Below, piece after piece: positions 38,064 to 48,328 of a DNA stretch of 64,000 nt. Source of the stretch: Candidatus Heimdallarchaeota archaeon (GTDB taxonomy: Archaea; Asgardarchaeota; Heimdallarchaeia; Heimdallarchaeales; Heimdallarchaeaceae); assembly GCA_019057375.1 (NCBI GenBank), contig DXJF01000053.1, positions 13,268 through 77,267 of the forward strand, written 5' to 3'. Each line of letters begins with the position of its first letter. Position 1 is the stretch's first letter. The notes beneath the pieces were generated by a model, which did not search any database, was not told the origin of the DNA, and saw nothing but the letters and a program-made list of their open reading frames with translations. Position numbers and translations under genes: made by a program.

Positions 38064-39440
38064 CTAATCTGAAATTGTGTGTTTGTTATATGTTATTGCA
38101 GGAGCATCTATTGGCCAACCTGATACTTCTCTATCAGAACCAATAGTTCTAATGTCATTGAGTGTTTCAAAGTAATTTCCAGCTATACTTATGTTCTTCA
38201 ACGGATGAACAACTTCTCCTTTCTCAATTAAGAAAGCATCATTGGTAGTGATGCCGAAATCACCTGTTATCTGATTTGAGGTAAACAAGCCTATTGGAGT
38301 ACCTGTTAGTAGAATTCCTTTGTTAATTTCACTGATTTGCTGATCTAAATTTTTTCCAACTTCTTTAATCAATAATTTGTTAGGTTCAACATTTGGAACA
38401 TTTTCATATGGAATTCCACCAAAGAAACCCCCTCTAGAAGCATTCCCAGTTGTTGCTTTATCTGCTGCTTCTCCAAACATTTTATCGAAAAGGAAAGTTT
38501 TCAGAATACCATTGTCAATAACAGTTGTAGTTTGTTTAGGAGAACCTTCTGTATCGATTGCTCTTCCAGCTTCAGATTCTGGATTTTGTCCATCATCTAT
38601 TAATGTCAATTCTTTAACAGCTACTTGTTGGTCTAGTTTATCTCCCCATGGATTGCTTTTTTCAACATAGGATGATCCAGATACACAATTGATGAATGAG
38701 AAAGCTAAAAATGCTGCAGATTCACGTGGTTCCCAAACTGTTGGTAAAACCTCTGAACCTCCAAAAGCCTTAGAACCAAGAGAGTTTAATGCTTTTTTCA
38801 ATCCATTTGAACTGATACCTTCAACTGGTTTTATTTCTCTTCCTTGAACAAAATCCCCAGCAGTTTTTCTATCACCTGCTTCTGTTACCACCGAGAAACT
38901 GTTTGCTGCATAAGTTGTGACCAGAGATGAAGCTAAGCATCCTTCTGTAGTTGCTACTGCATATCCTCCATATGAGAAGTTTACTCCATAGCTAATAGAT
39001 ACAAGTCGTCTATCACTCAAATCAATTTCTTGACTCATTAAATTACAAGTTTCAATCATTGAGTCTGAATCAAGTTGAAGTATCTCAGGATCAAGGATAC
39101 CTTCTTTAGCTACATTTGTACCAGCTACAAATCCATTAAACATAGGATTCTTAGGACTGACATTAGCAATACTATGTGCATGTTTAAGAGTTGATTTTAT
39201 AGTTTCTTTTTCGAAACCTGTACAACTAGCAAAACCAACTTGTTTCCCTATTGCAACTCTAAGCCCTATACCTTGAATCAGTCCATCTCTACTGTCTATC
39301 TTGCCTTTATTATCTGTTAAATTGGTGTTTGAGAGATTATAGACATAAGCTTCTGCTGCTGGGATATTTAGATCCCTAGCATATTTAATTGTTTGATCAG
39401 CTATGTGAAGTATCTTATCTCTAATTTCATTTAAAGTCAT
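38064..39440 (-). CDS. pmbA: PmbA/TldE subunit, copy 2
   Basis: Collinear paralog of 35134..36501; DTEG, TTGNA.RG, TGDFG. Confidence 0.9.
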   Translation of the reverse strand: MTLNEIRDKILHIADQTIKYARDLNIPAAEAYVYNLSNTNLTDNKGKIDSRDGLIQGIGLRVAIGKQVGFASCTGFEKETIKSTLKHAHSIANVSPKNPMFNGFVAGTNVAKEGILDPEILQLDSDSMIETCNLMSQEIDLSDRRLVSISYGVNFSYGGYAVATTEGCLASSLVTTYAANSFSVVTEAGDRKTAGDFVQGREIKPVEGISSNGLKKALNSLGSKAFGGSEVLPTVWEPRESAAFLAFSFINCVSGSSYVEKSNPWGDKLDQQVAVKELTLIDDGQNPESEAGRAIDTEGSPKQTTTVIDNGILKTFLFDKMFGEAADKATTGNASRGGFFGGIPYENVPNVEPNKLLIKEVGKNLDQQISEINKGILLTGTPIGLFTSNQITGDFGITTNDAFLIEKGEVVHPLKNISIAGNYFETLNDIRTIGSDREVSGWPIDAPAITYNKHTISD

Positions 39441-40858
39441 TATTGGGCACCTCCAACGAGAACTTTATCCATAATCATGTCAGGACCACCGAATCCAACT
39501 GGAAGACCACCTTGGCCTCCCTTGCCACATCCTCCGAAATACCCTGTTTTAATGGTAACCTCTTTAGTTCCACCTTCAACATATTTCAGAAGCTCTAGAA
39601 TATTTCCAGAAAGAGCTGTGTTCTTAATTGGTTTAGTTACTTCTCCATTTTCGATCAGATATCCTCTACTGCAATTGAACATGAAATTACCATCAAGCCC
39701 AACTTGACCACCTGACATATCAACTGCATAAACGCCTGTATTTACATGTTCGACAGCTTCTTCGAAAGTTAAATCTCCTTTCTCAAAATAGGTGTTCTTC
39801 ATCCTAACTATTGGATTAAACATGAAATTGATTGCTCTACTATTACCAGTTAACTCTGAATTCATTTTCTTAGCTGTTCCTCTGTTGTGCAAGTATCCTT
39901 TAAGTATACCTTTCTCAAGAAGTACTGTTCTTCCAGTTTTTATTCCTTGGTCGTCATAAGGCAGATACAGTCCTCCATAAGGAGAAACTCCTTCATCAAT
40001 TATGGTAACATGTTCACTACCTAGTTCTTCACCAACTCTATCTGCAATTGGGGATTGACCTGTAACAACAAAATCTGCTTCTGATAAATGACCAAAACTT
40101 TCGTGCACTACCACTCCACCCATTTGAGGTGAAACTAAAGTCTTTGTTTTTCCAGAAGGTGCAGCTACTGCTTCTAATTGTTCCTTGCAATATGTTCCTG
40201 CATTAGTTCCCGTTATTTCAGGAGTTGTTTCTTTTTCTTCGAAGAATTCCAAACCTGTTGAAGCTCCCCATCCTGTGAAACCCTGGGATTGTTTTCCTTC
40301 ACTTATTACAACTCCACCCATCCTGATATCAACCATCAGAGGAACCCAATAAAGCTCAGTTCCTTCAGAATTAACTAGATATTTCTCTCCATAGATTTCT
40401 CCGTACAAACCTATGGTTGTAGTAACTTCAAGTTGTTCTTTGACTGCTGTTACTCCACGTTTAAGCATATCGAGCTTATCTGCAAACTCAAAATCTTTGG
40501 GGTGTTTTTTTACCTTTACTTCAATCTTTTCCTTGATAGTAGGTATTGAATCAAAGTCTAATTTGATTTTGTTTCGACTATCAGTAGATTTAGCAAGTTT
40601 CGCTGCTCTAATAGTTGCTTCTTTTACACCTTCTAAAGTTAACTCTGGTGTGTAAGAATAACCAGGCGTTCCTTGATAGTATGCCATTATACCTATGCCT
40701 TTTCTGCTGAGAGATGATGATTGCTTAATAATTTCATTTGTGTAGTTGATAGTTGTTAAATTAAGATCATCGTATCTAGCTTCAATAAAGTTGACTCCTA
40801 GATTTTCTCCCTTCTCAACAGCTTTATGCAATAGGTCTAGAATATTTCCATTTTCCAT
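39440..40858 (-). CDS. tldD: TldD catalytic subunit, copy 2
   Basis: VHESFGHLSEAD, YDDQG, TGNSRA, RMKNTY, CGKGGQ. Confidence 0.93.
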   Translation of the reverse strand: MENGNILDLLHKAVEKGENLGVNFIEARYDDLNLTTINYTNEIIKQSSSLSRKGIGIMAYYQGTPGYSYTPELTLEGVKEATIRAAKLAKSTDSRNKIKLDFDSIPTIKEKIEVKVKKHPKDFEFADKLDMLKRGVTAVKEQLEVTTTIGLYGEIYGEKYLVNSEGTELYWVPLMVDIRMGGVVISEGKQSQGFTGWGASTGLEFFEEKETTPEITGTNAGTYCKEQLEAVAAPSGKTKTLVSPQMGGVVVHESFGHLSEADFVVTGQSPIADRVGEELGSEHVTIIDEGVSPYGGLYLPYDDQGIKTGRTVLLEKGILKGYLHNRGTAKKMNSELTGNSRAINFMFNPIVRMKNTYFEKGDLTFEEAVEHVNTGVYAVDMSGGQVGLDGNFMFNCSRGYLIENGEVTKPIKNTALSGNILELLKYVEGGTKEVTIKTGYFGGCGKGGQGGLPVGFGGPDMIMDKVLVGGAQ

Positions 40859-41183
40859 TTAATTACCCCTGTTGTAAAATGTGTATTTCAAACGGATGTG
40901 GATTTGGATATTTATAAATAATTTCTATCAGTTGCAGAAGGAGTTAACAAATTCCTTCTAATTCCTTAAACTGAAACAAATTCAGTAGTAGGTCGGTGTG
41001 CATACTTTTGCACATACTTGATTTTAAGAAACTGGTTGATAAAACGCTTAGAAGCTGGTTTTTACAGTTTTAGTTTCTTTTCATTATTGATTTTTAATCA
41101 CTCTTTTCTATAACTATTCTTTTGTTCTTATCAAAATCGCCTAAGAGAAATTTACTTATATTGCTCTTATTTGAATTATTTAG

Positions 41184-42590
41184 ATGTTTAACCTAAAGAT
41201 ATCACTTGTAACTTCGACTGGATTACTATTAGCTTCAAAACCAGAGGACGTAGACTACACCAAGCAAATCTTAGCAACAGGTCTAATCACTGCTTTAATC
41301 TCATTCTCAAAAGAAGTACACCACAGAGAATTGCAATCAATATCTTATCATGATAGAACTGTTTCTTTCATAAGAGTTCATGATTTTGTTTTAATTCTTG
41401 AAACAATTGATGAAGAATCCACATTAACTGAAGATATTTTAAGACAGTTGCTTGAGAAATTAAAAACATGTACTAGTCCATTATTAGAGGTAGCAGACCC
41501 AGATACTATCACAGAAGGAGAAGCATCAATAATCTTAGATAGGTGTTTGAAAGATATTCAATTGTTAGATATCTCAATTTCAGAACGACCTTTGAAATCA
41601 GCAGAAATTGCACATTTCACTCTAGTTCATTCTGACAAAGGTTGGAAGATAAGGGATCAAGTTGGTTCAGGATCACATATTTCTATGATAGCTTTGATGT
41701 TAGATACTCTTAAAGCTAACGAGAAATTTCAAGGAAATATAACAGGAATTCTAACTTTTATAGAAAATGAAAAAAGTTTAACCTACACCATTATTGATAC
41801 CGATGGTGAAAAATCTAGAGTTGGAATTCTAAAATTTCCTCAAAGTCTGAATCTAGTTCTTTTTAGATTATTTAATGTTATGAACAATCATCTTACTTCA
41901 CTGAATGACAAAAAGGAAAAATTCAGTATGGAAGAGATTCTTCACAAAATTATGGAAACTGAAGATCCTGGAAATAGATTATCAAAAATCGATATGGAAG
42001 ATCTTTCCCCAACTTTCTTAGATAGAACTGTAAGTCGTAATCTTGACAAAGCAATTTACTCAGCTATTATTGGGGAACCTGTTTATGTAATTGGAGATAA
42101 ACCTACTGTGAAGCTAGTGATTGATTCAATGTCTCTATTTACTCAACATTTACAGACTTTTGTCAGCCATTGGACTGCAGAAGAGGATATAACAAAAATT
42201 GGTAAATGCGACCTACAAGTAAGATTTTGGGGTATGTCATCATTAGTCTACAAAAAATTTGTTGAGAAGGAGCTAATCTCTGAAAAAGATACCAATATCA
42301 ATCTAGAGACAACTAAGGTTACAGGAGAAAAGTCAAGTAATCATTTCAAAAAATTATTTGATACAATTAAGAAACTGTCTATTACCGAAGTAGTTACTAA
42401 AATAGTTTATGATTTGGAAAAATTAGTTGATTTATCATTGGATTTAACAGCTTTAGCATTGCTAGATAAAGAAAAAGCTAAAGCTAGATTAAAAGATATT
42501 TCTTCATCAAAGAGGTATGCTTCAAGCTTCTTCAAAAAATCGCTAGAGTTAGCAGTACAAAGGAATCCTCTACTAGATTTCTTAACTTAA
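41184..42590 (+). CDS. Longin + DENN-like protein, paralog 1
   Basis: N-terminal longin pattern (SLVTSTGLLLASK...GLITALISFSKEV...LQSISY); cDENN-like AIYSAIIGEPVYVIG..VKLVIDSMSLF; helical C-terminus. Confidence 0.6.
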   Translation: MFNLKISLVTSTGLLLASKPEDVDYTKQILATGLITALISFSKEVHHRELQSISYHDRTVSFIRVHDFVLILETIDEESTLTEDILRQLLEKLKTCTSPLLEVADPDTITEGEASIILDRCLKDIQLLDISISERPLKSAEIAHFTLVHSDKGWKIRDQVGSGSHISMIALMLDTLKANEKFQGNITGILTFIENEKSLTYTIIDTDGEKSRVGILKFPQSLNLVLFRLFNVMNNHLTSLNDKKEKFSMEEILHKIMETEDPGNRLSKIDMEDLSPTFLDRTVSRNLDKAIYSAIIGEPVYVIGDKPTVKLVIDSMSLFTQHLQTFVSHWTAEEDITKIGKCDLQVRFWGMSSLVYKKFVEKELISEKDTNINLETTKVTGEKSSNHFKKLFDTIKKLSITEVVTKIVYDLEKLVDLSLDLTALALLDKEKAKARLKDISSSKRYASSFFKKSLELAVQRNPLLDFLT

Positions 42591-42602
42591 AGTCATTTTT
42601 AT

Positions 42603-43361
42603 CTATTCTTCTTTTCTGACAAAATATCTATATCTATACTTTTCTCTGAAATTTAGTTTTTTGTATAAAGAAATTGCAGGTGTGTTTTTAGCTTCAACTT
42701 GCAAGTACATAGTTTTCAATTTGTTTATTTGAGCATAAGATAGCATCTTTCGCATAATAGACTCTCCTACACCCTTCCTTCGATAACTTGAATGAACATT
42801 TAAATCATATATGCCAATATATTCATTGTCGATTAAACCTAATACAATACCTATAATCAAATCATCTCTGAGCACTGAGCAAGTTATTTTTTGGTTAGAT
42901 GTTCTAGAAATTATCCTTCTGAACCCCTCTAATTTAGTAGAATCCATTTTTGTAAGATTATACAATGATTGAAACCAAGTTTCATTTACGTTCTCTTCTA
43001 TTAAACAATCATAACTGTTCATAGAAGCTTCATAATTCAGTTGTTCTATTTCCATTGCCATAACAATTGTTTCATCTATCATTCTGAATCCCTTATCTAG
43101 AAGTGTTTTTTTCAGATTACTGGGTGCATAGTAGTCCGGAATCTGGAAGATAAGAGGTAAATTGTTATTATTATATAACTTCTCTACAGCTGTAATATCA
43201 TGTTCAAGATCAGTCCCAGAATATGCTAGCGGTAAAACACTATTTGCTCTCTTAGTAACTCCTTCTGATAATCTTATCATCCATCCTTTATAGAGCACTG
43301 AATCTCTAGCCTTCCATGCATTATTTGTCAGTTCTTGAAATTGAAGTACTTCTTTTTTCAA
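42603..43361 (-). CDS. GNAT acetyltransferase (two-domain)
   Basis: GWMIRLSEGVTKRANSV; V...YRRKGVGE motif A; YLQVEAKN.PAISLYKKLNF. Confidence 0.9.
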   Translation of the reverse strand: MKKEVLQFQELTNNAWKARDSVLYKGWMIRLSEGVTKRANSVLPLAYSGTDLEHDITAVEKLYNNNNLPLIFQIPDYYAPSNLKKTLLDKGFRMIDETIVMAMEIEQLNYEASMNSYDCLIEENVNETWFQSLYNLTKMDSTKLEGFRRIISRTSNQKITCSVLRDDLIIGIVLGLIDNEYIGIYDLNVHSSYRRKGVGESIMRKMLSYAQINKLKTMYLQVEAKNTPAISLYKKLNFREKYRYRYFVRKEE

Positions 43362-43444
43362 CTAGACACCTTTTCATCTTTTAGAATGATATTTGTCTTT
43401 CCACTAAAGAAATTTACTTAAAGGAGATAAACACATGTTTTGGT

Positions 43445-44854
43445 ATGCGAAGCCTTCAACTATCATTAGTCACATCTTCTGGAATATTGTTGGCTTCCAA
43501 ACCTGAAACTCTCTCAGAAACACAACATATCTTAGCTTCTAGTCTCATAAGTGCAATCATAACATTCGCAAAAGAAGTTTATAGACAAGAGCTTCAATCG
43601 ATTTCATATCATGATAAGAACATCTCATTTGTTCAAATTTATGATTATATAATTATTATTGAAACAAAGGTAGAAGAAACACTTTTTTCAGATAGGCAAC
43701 TCGCTCAAATTATTGAACAAATTCGTATTAGTGCTGAACCTTTACTTTCAGAGAGAGATCCCGATCTCCTTTCTGAAGGGGAAGCAGCTTTAATTTTGGA
43801 ACACACACTCCATGATTTGTCCAATTTACCACTTTTCTTTGCGAAAAATCCTCTAAAAAGTTCTGAACCACTTTTATTTAATTTGGTTAGGTTTGATGAA
43901 ACTGATATAGAAATTATCGAATCTGTAGGCAAGAAAGAAGATGCAAATGAGATACTAGATATGTTGAAGAGATATAATCTGAATACAGAATTTGAAGGAG
44001 AATTAACAGGTATTCTTTTATTAACTCCAGAAAAGAAATACTCGGCTTTAGTAATCGTTGACGCAAAAGGACCTCAAACAATTCTTGGAATTCTAAGATT
44101 TCCTCGAGAACTAGACTATATAGCTTTCAGAATTTTTCCTCTAATTCAAGAAAAACTAAAGATAATTTCAGAACAAAATAATCAATTTGAAATGCTTGAA
44201 ATTCTAGATATCATTCAAAATATTGAAGATACAGGAAATCATTTCTCTACAGTTGATGTAGAAGATCTGTCACTAGCTTTTCTGGAAAATGCAATAGGGG
44301 ATGAACCTGATTCAATTCTATATCCAGTTATCACTGGAGAAAATGTAGTTATTGTTGGGGATAAATTAACTTCTAGAATGGTGATTGACACCCTTTCAAT
44401 CTTTAATCAACATATTGCTTCAGAAATAATCCAATGGATGGATGAAGAAATAGATGAAGTTAATGAAAACGTTAATCTGAATAATGGTCTATTTGGTATG
44501 TCATTACCTCAATTTAAGAAACTAAACTCTTCAGGAAAGATACCGGAAGAAGCAACAATAGTCAATCTAATTGATGGTGAGATTAAAGGACATAATGAGA
44601 GCACTCACTTTCTTGCTCTTTTTGAAAAACTTAAAGATCAAGATCTGGACAAGGCTTCAGTTATTATTTTCAATGAATTGAGAAAATTAGTATCAATGTC
44701 TTATATTATAACCTCATTCTCACTATATGATAAAGAACAATCTGAAAGGCTATTTAGGAAGCTATTTCAACATTCAGGATTTCCAGCAAGTTTTGTTAAC
44801 AAAGCAACAGAATTAGCATTGAAGAGAAATCCACTATTAACAAAGATTGTTTAA
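43445..44854 (+). CDS. Longin + DENN-like protein, paralog 2
   Basis: Collinear with 41184..42590 (SLVTSSGILLASKP, ELQSISYHD, EGEA, ILYPVITGENVVIVG, KA.ELA..RNPLL). Confidence 0.6.
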   Translation: MRSLQLSLVTSSGILLASKPETLSETQHILASSLISAIITFAKEVYRQELQSISYHDKNISFVQIYDYIIIIETKVEETLFSDRQLAQIIEQIRISAEPLLSERDPDLLSEGEAALILEHTLHDLSNLPLFFAKNPLKSSEPLLFNLVRFDETDIEIIESVGKKEDANEILDMLKRYNLNTEFEGELTGILLLTPEKKYSALVIVDAKGPQTILGILRFPRELDYIAFRIFPLIQEKLKIISEQNNQFEMLEILDIIQNIEDTGNHFSTVDVEDLSLAFLENAIGDEPDSILYPVITGENVVIVGDKLTSRMVIDTLSIFNQHIASEIIQWMDEEIDEVNENVNLNNGLFGMSLPQFKKLNSSGKIPEEATIVNLIDGEIKGHNESTHFLALFEKLKDQDLDKASVIIFNELRKLVSMSYIITSFSLYDKEQSERLFRKLFQHSGFPASFVNKATELALKRNPLLTKIV

Positions 44855-44878
44855 CCTACACATTTTGTGTTGCTACCT

Positions 44879-46309
44879 CTAATCTTCCTCTAATTCTATT
44901 GTTTTCTTGTGTAAAACGTGTCTTTCCCAATCAAAAGTTATTTGTCCATCTTCATGCTTTGTAAAGGGGATATCAAGTGTCCCATAATCTGTAATGATGT
45001 AGAAATCCATTACTTCAGGATCATCATTTTTAGGTATTAGAGGTGTAACAGATTTATCTGGCCAGTTATCATCTATAACGAAAAGAACAGAACCTTTTTG
45101 TTCTATTTTGAAAGTGATTGTCTTTTTGTAAGCTTCATATCTACCACATAAACTTCTGTAATGTCTCTTTCTCTTGTAATAAGGTATCTCTTCTTCTGGA
45201 TCCTTTCCTAGTAATAATGCAAAAGCTGTGAGCATTAAATACAGTGGACTCCAGTTAACGTTCTGCAATTGAGCATAAGTTAGATTTAATTCCGGAATAA
45301 AACCAACATACCCTCCTGAAACGCCAGACATTCCACCATGATATATTAATTTATAACCAAAAAAGTTTTCAAAAATCCTCCAACCATACCCATAAGCTGG
45401 TTTAGCACCTGGACAAAAGTGTGGATATTTTGATTGTATATTTCTATTATGAGGATTCAACATTTCTTTACTCAATGATTCATCTAGAACTTTTTTTCCA
45501 TTGAATGTTCCACCATTCATATGACAGTGAAGATAATTTGTAATTTCTTGAACGCTTGAAATCAATCCTCCGGCACCTGCAATGAAAGGTCCTGATAATA
45601 AATCTGTAGTTTCTCTTTCAATTTGTTTATCCTTCACGTTATAATTAAAACCCCTTGATGAATCTTTATCCTTTTTTACATCTTCAAGAGAAAAAGTACT
45701 TCTATTCATTTCTAAAGGTTGTAAAATATTCTCTTTGACATATTCCTCAAAAGATTTTCCACTAACTTTTTCAATAATTTGACCAAGTAAAGCAAAACCA
45801 CCATTCCAATAATAATATTTAGTATTTGGTGGACTGAGAACTTCAGTTTTTGCATCATTTACATGAAAAAAGAAATCACCCCAATTACCTAGGGGAAATT
45901 CTGGAGCCTTACCTTTGAATAATTGTTGATTTATTTGTGAGAAGTAAAAAGTCATTAGTGAGGGAATCCCAGATGAATGACTCATTAAATGGAGAATCTT
46001 TATTGGATTATCTTTAAATCCTAAATCTACTGGGATATATTTTGAGATTAGATCATTAATATCTAATTTGCCAGCTTCATGAAGTTGTAAAATTGCCATA
46101 CAGGTTACAGATTTTGTTATTGATGAAACACCATAGAGCGTTTCTACAGAAGCTGGTTTTACATCTCCCCTTTCTCTAACTCCAAAAGATCTCTGATATA
46201 TTGCTTCTCCATCTTTTGTCACAATAACTGACATTCCAGGAATCTTTAGATCCCTCATTACTTTAACAGTTTCATGTTCAAATTTATCCCTAAACAACTT
46301 AAGATTCAT
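44879..46309 (-). CDS. Serine hydrolase, beta-lactamase/penicillin-recognising peptidase family S12 (Pab87-like) with C-terminal domain
   Basis: SSITK (SxxK), YWNGG (YxN), HGG, LLG.IIE..SG. Confidence 0.9.
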   Translation of the reverse strand: MNLKLFRDKFEHETVKVMRDLKIPGMSVIVTKDGEAIYQRSFGVRERGDVKPASVETLYGVSSITKSVTCMAILQLHEAGKLDINDLISKYIPVDLGFKDNPIKILHLMSHSSGIPSLMTFYFSQINQQLFKGKAPEFPLGNWGDFFFHVNDAKTEVLSPPNTKYYYWNGGFALLGQIIEKVSGKSFEEYVKENILQPLEMNRSTFSLEDVKKDKDSSRGFNYNVKDKQIERETTDLLSGPFIAGAGGLISSVQEITNYLHCHMNGGTFNGKKVLDESLSKEMLNPHNRNIQSKYPHFCPGAKPAYGYGWRIFENFFGYKLIYHGGMSGVSGGYVGFIPELNLTYAQLQNVNWSPLYLMLTAFALLLGKDPEEEIPYYKRKRHYRSLCGRYEAYKKTITFKIEQKGSVLFVIDDNWPDKSVTPLIPKNDDPEVMDFYIITDYGTLDIPFTKHEDGQITFDWERHVLHKKTIELEED

Positions 46310-46351
46310 ACTACCACAGTCAGTTATGTTTATTTATACACTTATAAAAAT

Positions 46352-46410
46352 AACATATAGTTTATAACATTTTTGTTAAACATTAATTATTTTCCCGAAA
46401 ATCTTATATA
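46352..46410 (+). promoter_or_regulatory. Promoter of the SBP gene: AACATATAGTTT box, TTTTCCCGAAAA element, TATA
   Basis: Both motifs recur at 48329-48350, upstream of dppB. Confidence 0.55.
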
Positions 46411-46471
46411 TACTTATACAAATTCACTAACAAGTGCTTTGGCTAAAGGTCAAAGATACGAAAAAAAAGGA

Positions 46472-48226
46472 ATGATAAATTTGAATAAAAAATTCTTAAA
46501 ACTATCACTATTTTTTATGGCATTTTTAATGAGTTCGGCTCCTTTCTTTGCAGCAGTTGGTCAACAACCTTTCGTAGGTGGTAGACTAGTTGTACCTTTA
46601 AGTGCAGACATTCATGTTTTGACTCCATTTGAATATGGTACTACATATGAGGGTTATGTTCTTGGTCATATGTATGATTCTCTTGTACAATACGATGTTG
46701 ACAATCAACCTCAACCAGTTCTTTGTGAAAGCTGGTGGTATAATTCAACTTATGAGAAATGGATTTTTACATTGAGAGAAAACACTTTCTGGCATGATGG
46801 AGAAGTATTAGATACAGCAGATGTGTACTTTACTTGGACAACATTTTTGGATGATCCAACAATATCAAGAAGAAGTTGGCTTTACAATTATGTAGATGAA
46901 ATTACTGTGCTTAATGCTACAGCCATTCAAGTAGAATTCACTTATGGACCAAAGCCACAAGATGTTCTCATTGAATTTGCAGATGCATGGATAGTACCTG
47001 AACACCTCTGGAATGATAAGGATGTTACTACTTACGCTAATATTGAGAATCCTATAGGAAGTGGACCCTTTGTCTTTGAAGAATGGTCTCCTGGTCAATA
47101 TTTCAGACTCTCAAGAAATGCGAATTATTATCTTGATGGACCTTGGGTAGAAGAAAAGATACTCCAAATAGTCCCAACAATAGAAGCAGGATTTTATGCA
47201 CTTAGCGTTGGTGAACTTGAAACTCTAACAGATGTTCCTCCAGAGCTTGAATTAGTAGCTCAAAATGATCCAAATATCGATTCTCATGAATATCTCGATG
47301 ATTATATCATGTATTTAGGAGTTAATCATCGACGATGGCCAAATAACGTTACTGCTTTCAGACAAGCTATTCTACAAGGAATAGATAGAGATGCAATCAT
47401 TGAAATTGCAGGATTTGGCAGAGGATTAGAAGCTCCTGCATCTATGAGCTTACCTTGGGGACCCTACTACGATGATACAATACCTGATTATGCTTATGAT
47501 GTCTTAGCAGCAAATGCTACCTTAGATAGTATTGGTATAACTGATTCAGATGCAGATGGTTACAGAGAAGGTAATGGTACAGAACTAACGTTCAGACTAC
47601 TAGTGAGTGGTGAATACCAACAATCAGTTGATACAGCTACAATTATAGCAAGCTATATGAGAAAACTTGGTATTGAAGTCATTGTTGAACCTCTATTATG
47701 GGCCAATGTCTGGAAAAGAATAGGCGGACTTGGTGGCACATATGCTGAGAAATATGACTATGATTGGTGTTTCGCTGGTTGGGTAAGTTTCTGGAGTGAT
47801 ATGCATCCTAATTGGGCAGCTTGGATGTTCAATGAAGACCTGAAATGGGGAAGTGATAACTATAATATCCCAGGTTGGGAAGGTGCTTATCGTACTCAAG
47901 TGACCGACTTAACTAATGAAATTATGACAGAAACAGATGAAGGCGTTGTTCTAACCAAGCTTGATCAAGTTCAACACATTATAGCTCAAGAATTGCCATA
48001 CATACCAGTCAGAGTTATGGGTCGTATAGCTCTTTATAGAAATGATTCATTTACAGGTTGGGTAAAAGGTCCAACTACAGGTTTAGACAACTGGGAATCA
48101 TGGCTAGCTGTTCATTTAGTAGAACCAGAAGAAGGAGATGGATTCCAAGTTATGACTGCTGTGATTGCAGTAGGATTTCTACTTGTTGGATCTTTCTTAC
48201 TAAAACGACGACGACGCTTGAAATAG
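46472..48226 (+). CDS. dppA: Peptide ABC transporter substrate-binding protein (family 5) with C-terminal membrane anchor; start reassigned to ATG 46472
   Basis: W.FTLRE...WHDGE...DV.FT, PIGSGPF, RQAI...IDR.AI, QHIIAQELPYIP; C-terminal DGF-hydrophobic-KRRRR. The TATA lies downstream of the ORF-track start. Confidence 0.92.
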   Translation: MINLNKKFLKLSLFFMAFLMSSAPFFAAVGQQPFVGGRLVVPLSADIHVLTPFEYGTTYEGYVLGHMYDSLVQYDVDNQPQPVLCESWWYNSTYEKWIFTLRENTFWHDGEVLDTADVYFTWTTFLDDPTISRRSWLYNYVDEITVLNATAIQVEFTYGPKPQDVLIEFADAWIVPEHLWNDKDVTTYANIENPIGSGPFVFEEWSPGQYFRLSRNANYYLDGPWVEEKILQIVPTIEAGFYALSVGELETLTDVPPELELVAQNDPNIDSHEYLDDYIMYLGVNHRRWPNNVTAFRQAILQGIDRDAIIEIAGFGRGLEAPASMSLPWGPYYDDTIPDYAYDVLAANATLDSIGITDSDADGYREGNGTELTFRLLVSGEYQQSVDTATIIASYMRKLGIEVIVEPLLWANVWKRIGGLGGTYAEKYDYDWCFAGWVSFWSDMHPNWAAWMFNEDLKWGSDNYNIPGWEGAYRTQVTDLTNEIMTETDEGVVLTKLDQVQHIIAQELPYIPVRVMGRIALYRNDSFTGWVKGPTTGLDNWESWLAVHLVEPEEGDGFQVMTAVIAVGFLLVGSFLLKRRRRLK

Positions 48227-48248
48227 AAATGTTATAATCACAAAAATC

Positions 48249-48270
48249 AAATCCAGGACAACCTGGATTT
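48249..48270 (+). terminator. Hairpin AAATCCAGG-acaa-CCTGGATTT after the SBP gene, followed by a T-rich tract
   Basis: Perfect 9-bp stem directly seen. Confidence 0.55.
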
Positions 48271-48328
48271 ATCTATTTTTCTTCATTTACTTTTTAAATT
48301 TACTATTTAGCTTAATTTAATTTATCTA

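Noticed and set aside
37982-41035. AAAAGTATGCA / ACCAGTT words near both tldD upstream regions (37982 and about 41000)
   Set aside because: They are in opposite orientations and at different distances relative to the genes, and are short and AT-rich; not convincing as a shared operator.
46373-46471. ORF-track N-terminal extension of the SBP (MLNINYFPEN...)
   Set aside because: It overlaps the promoter motifs and TATA box; the signal peptide begins at MINLNKK (46472).
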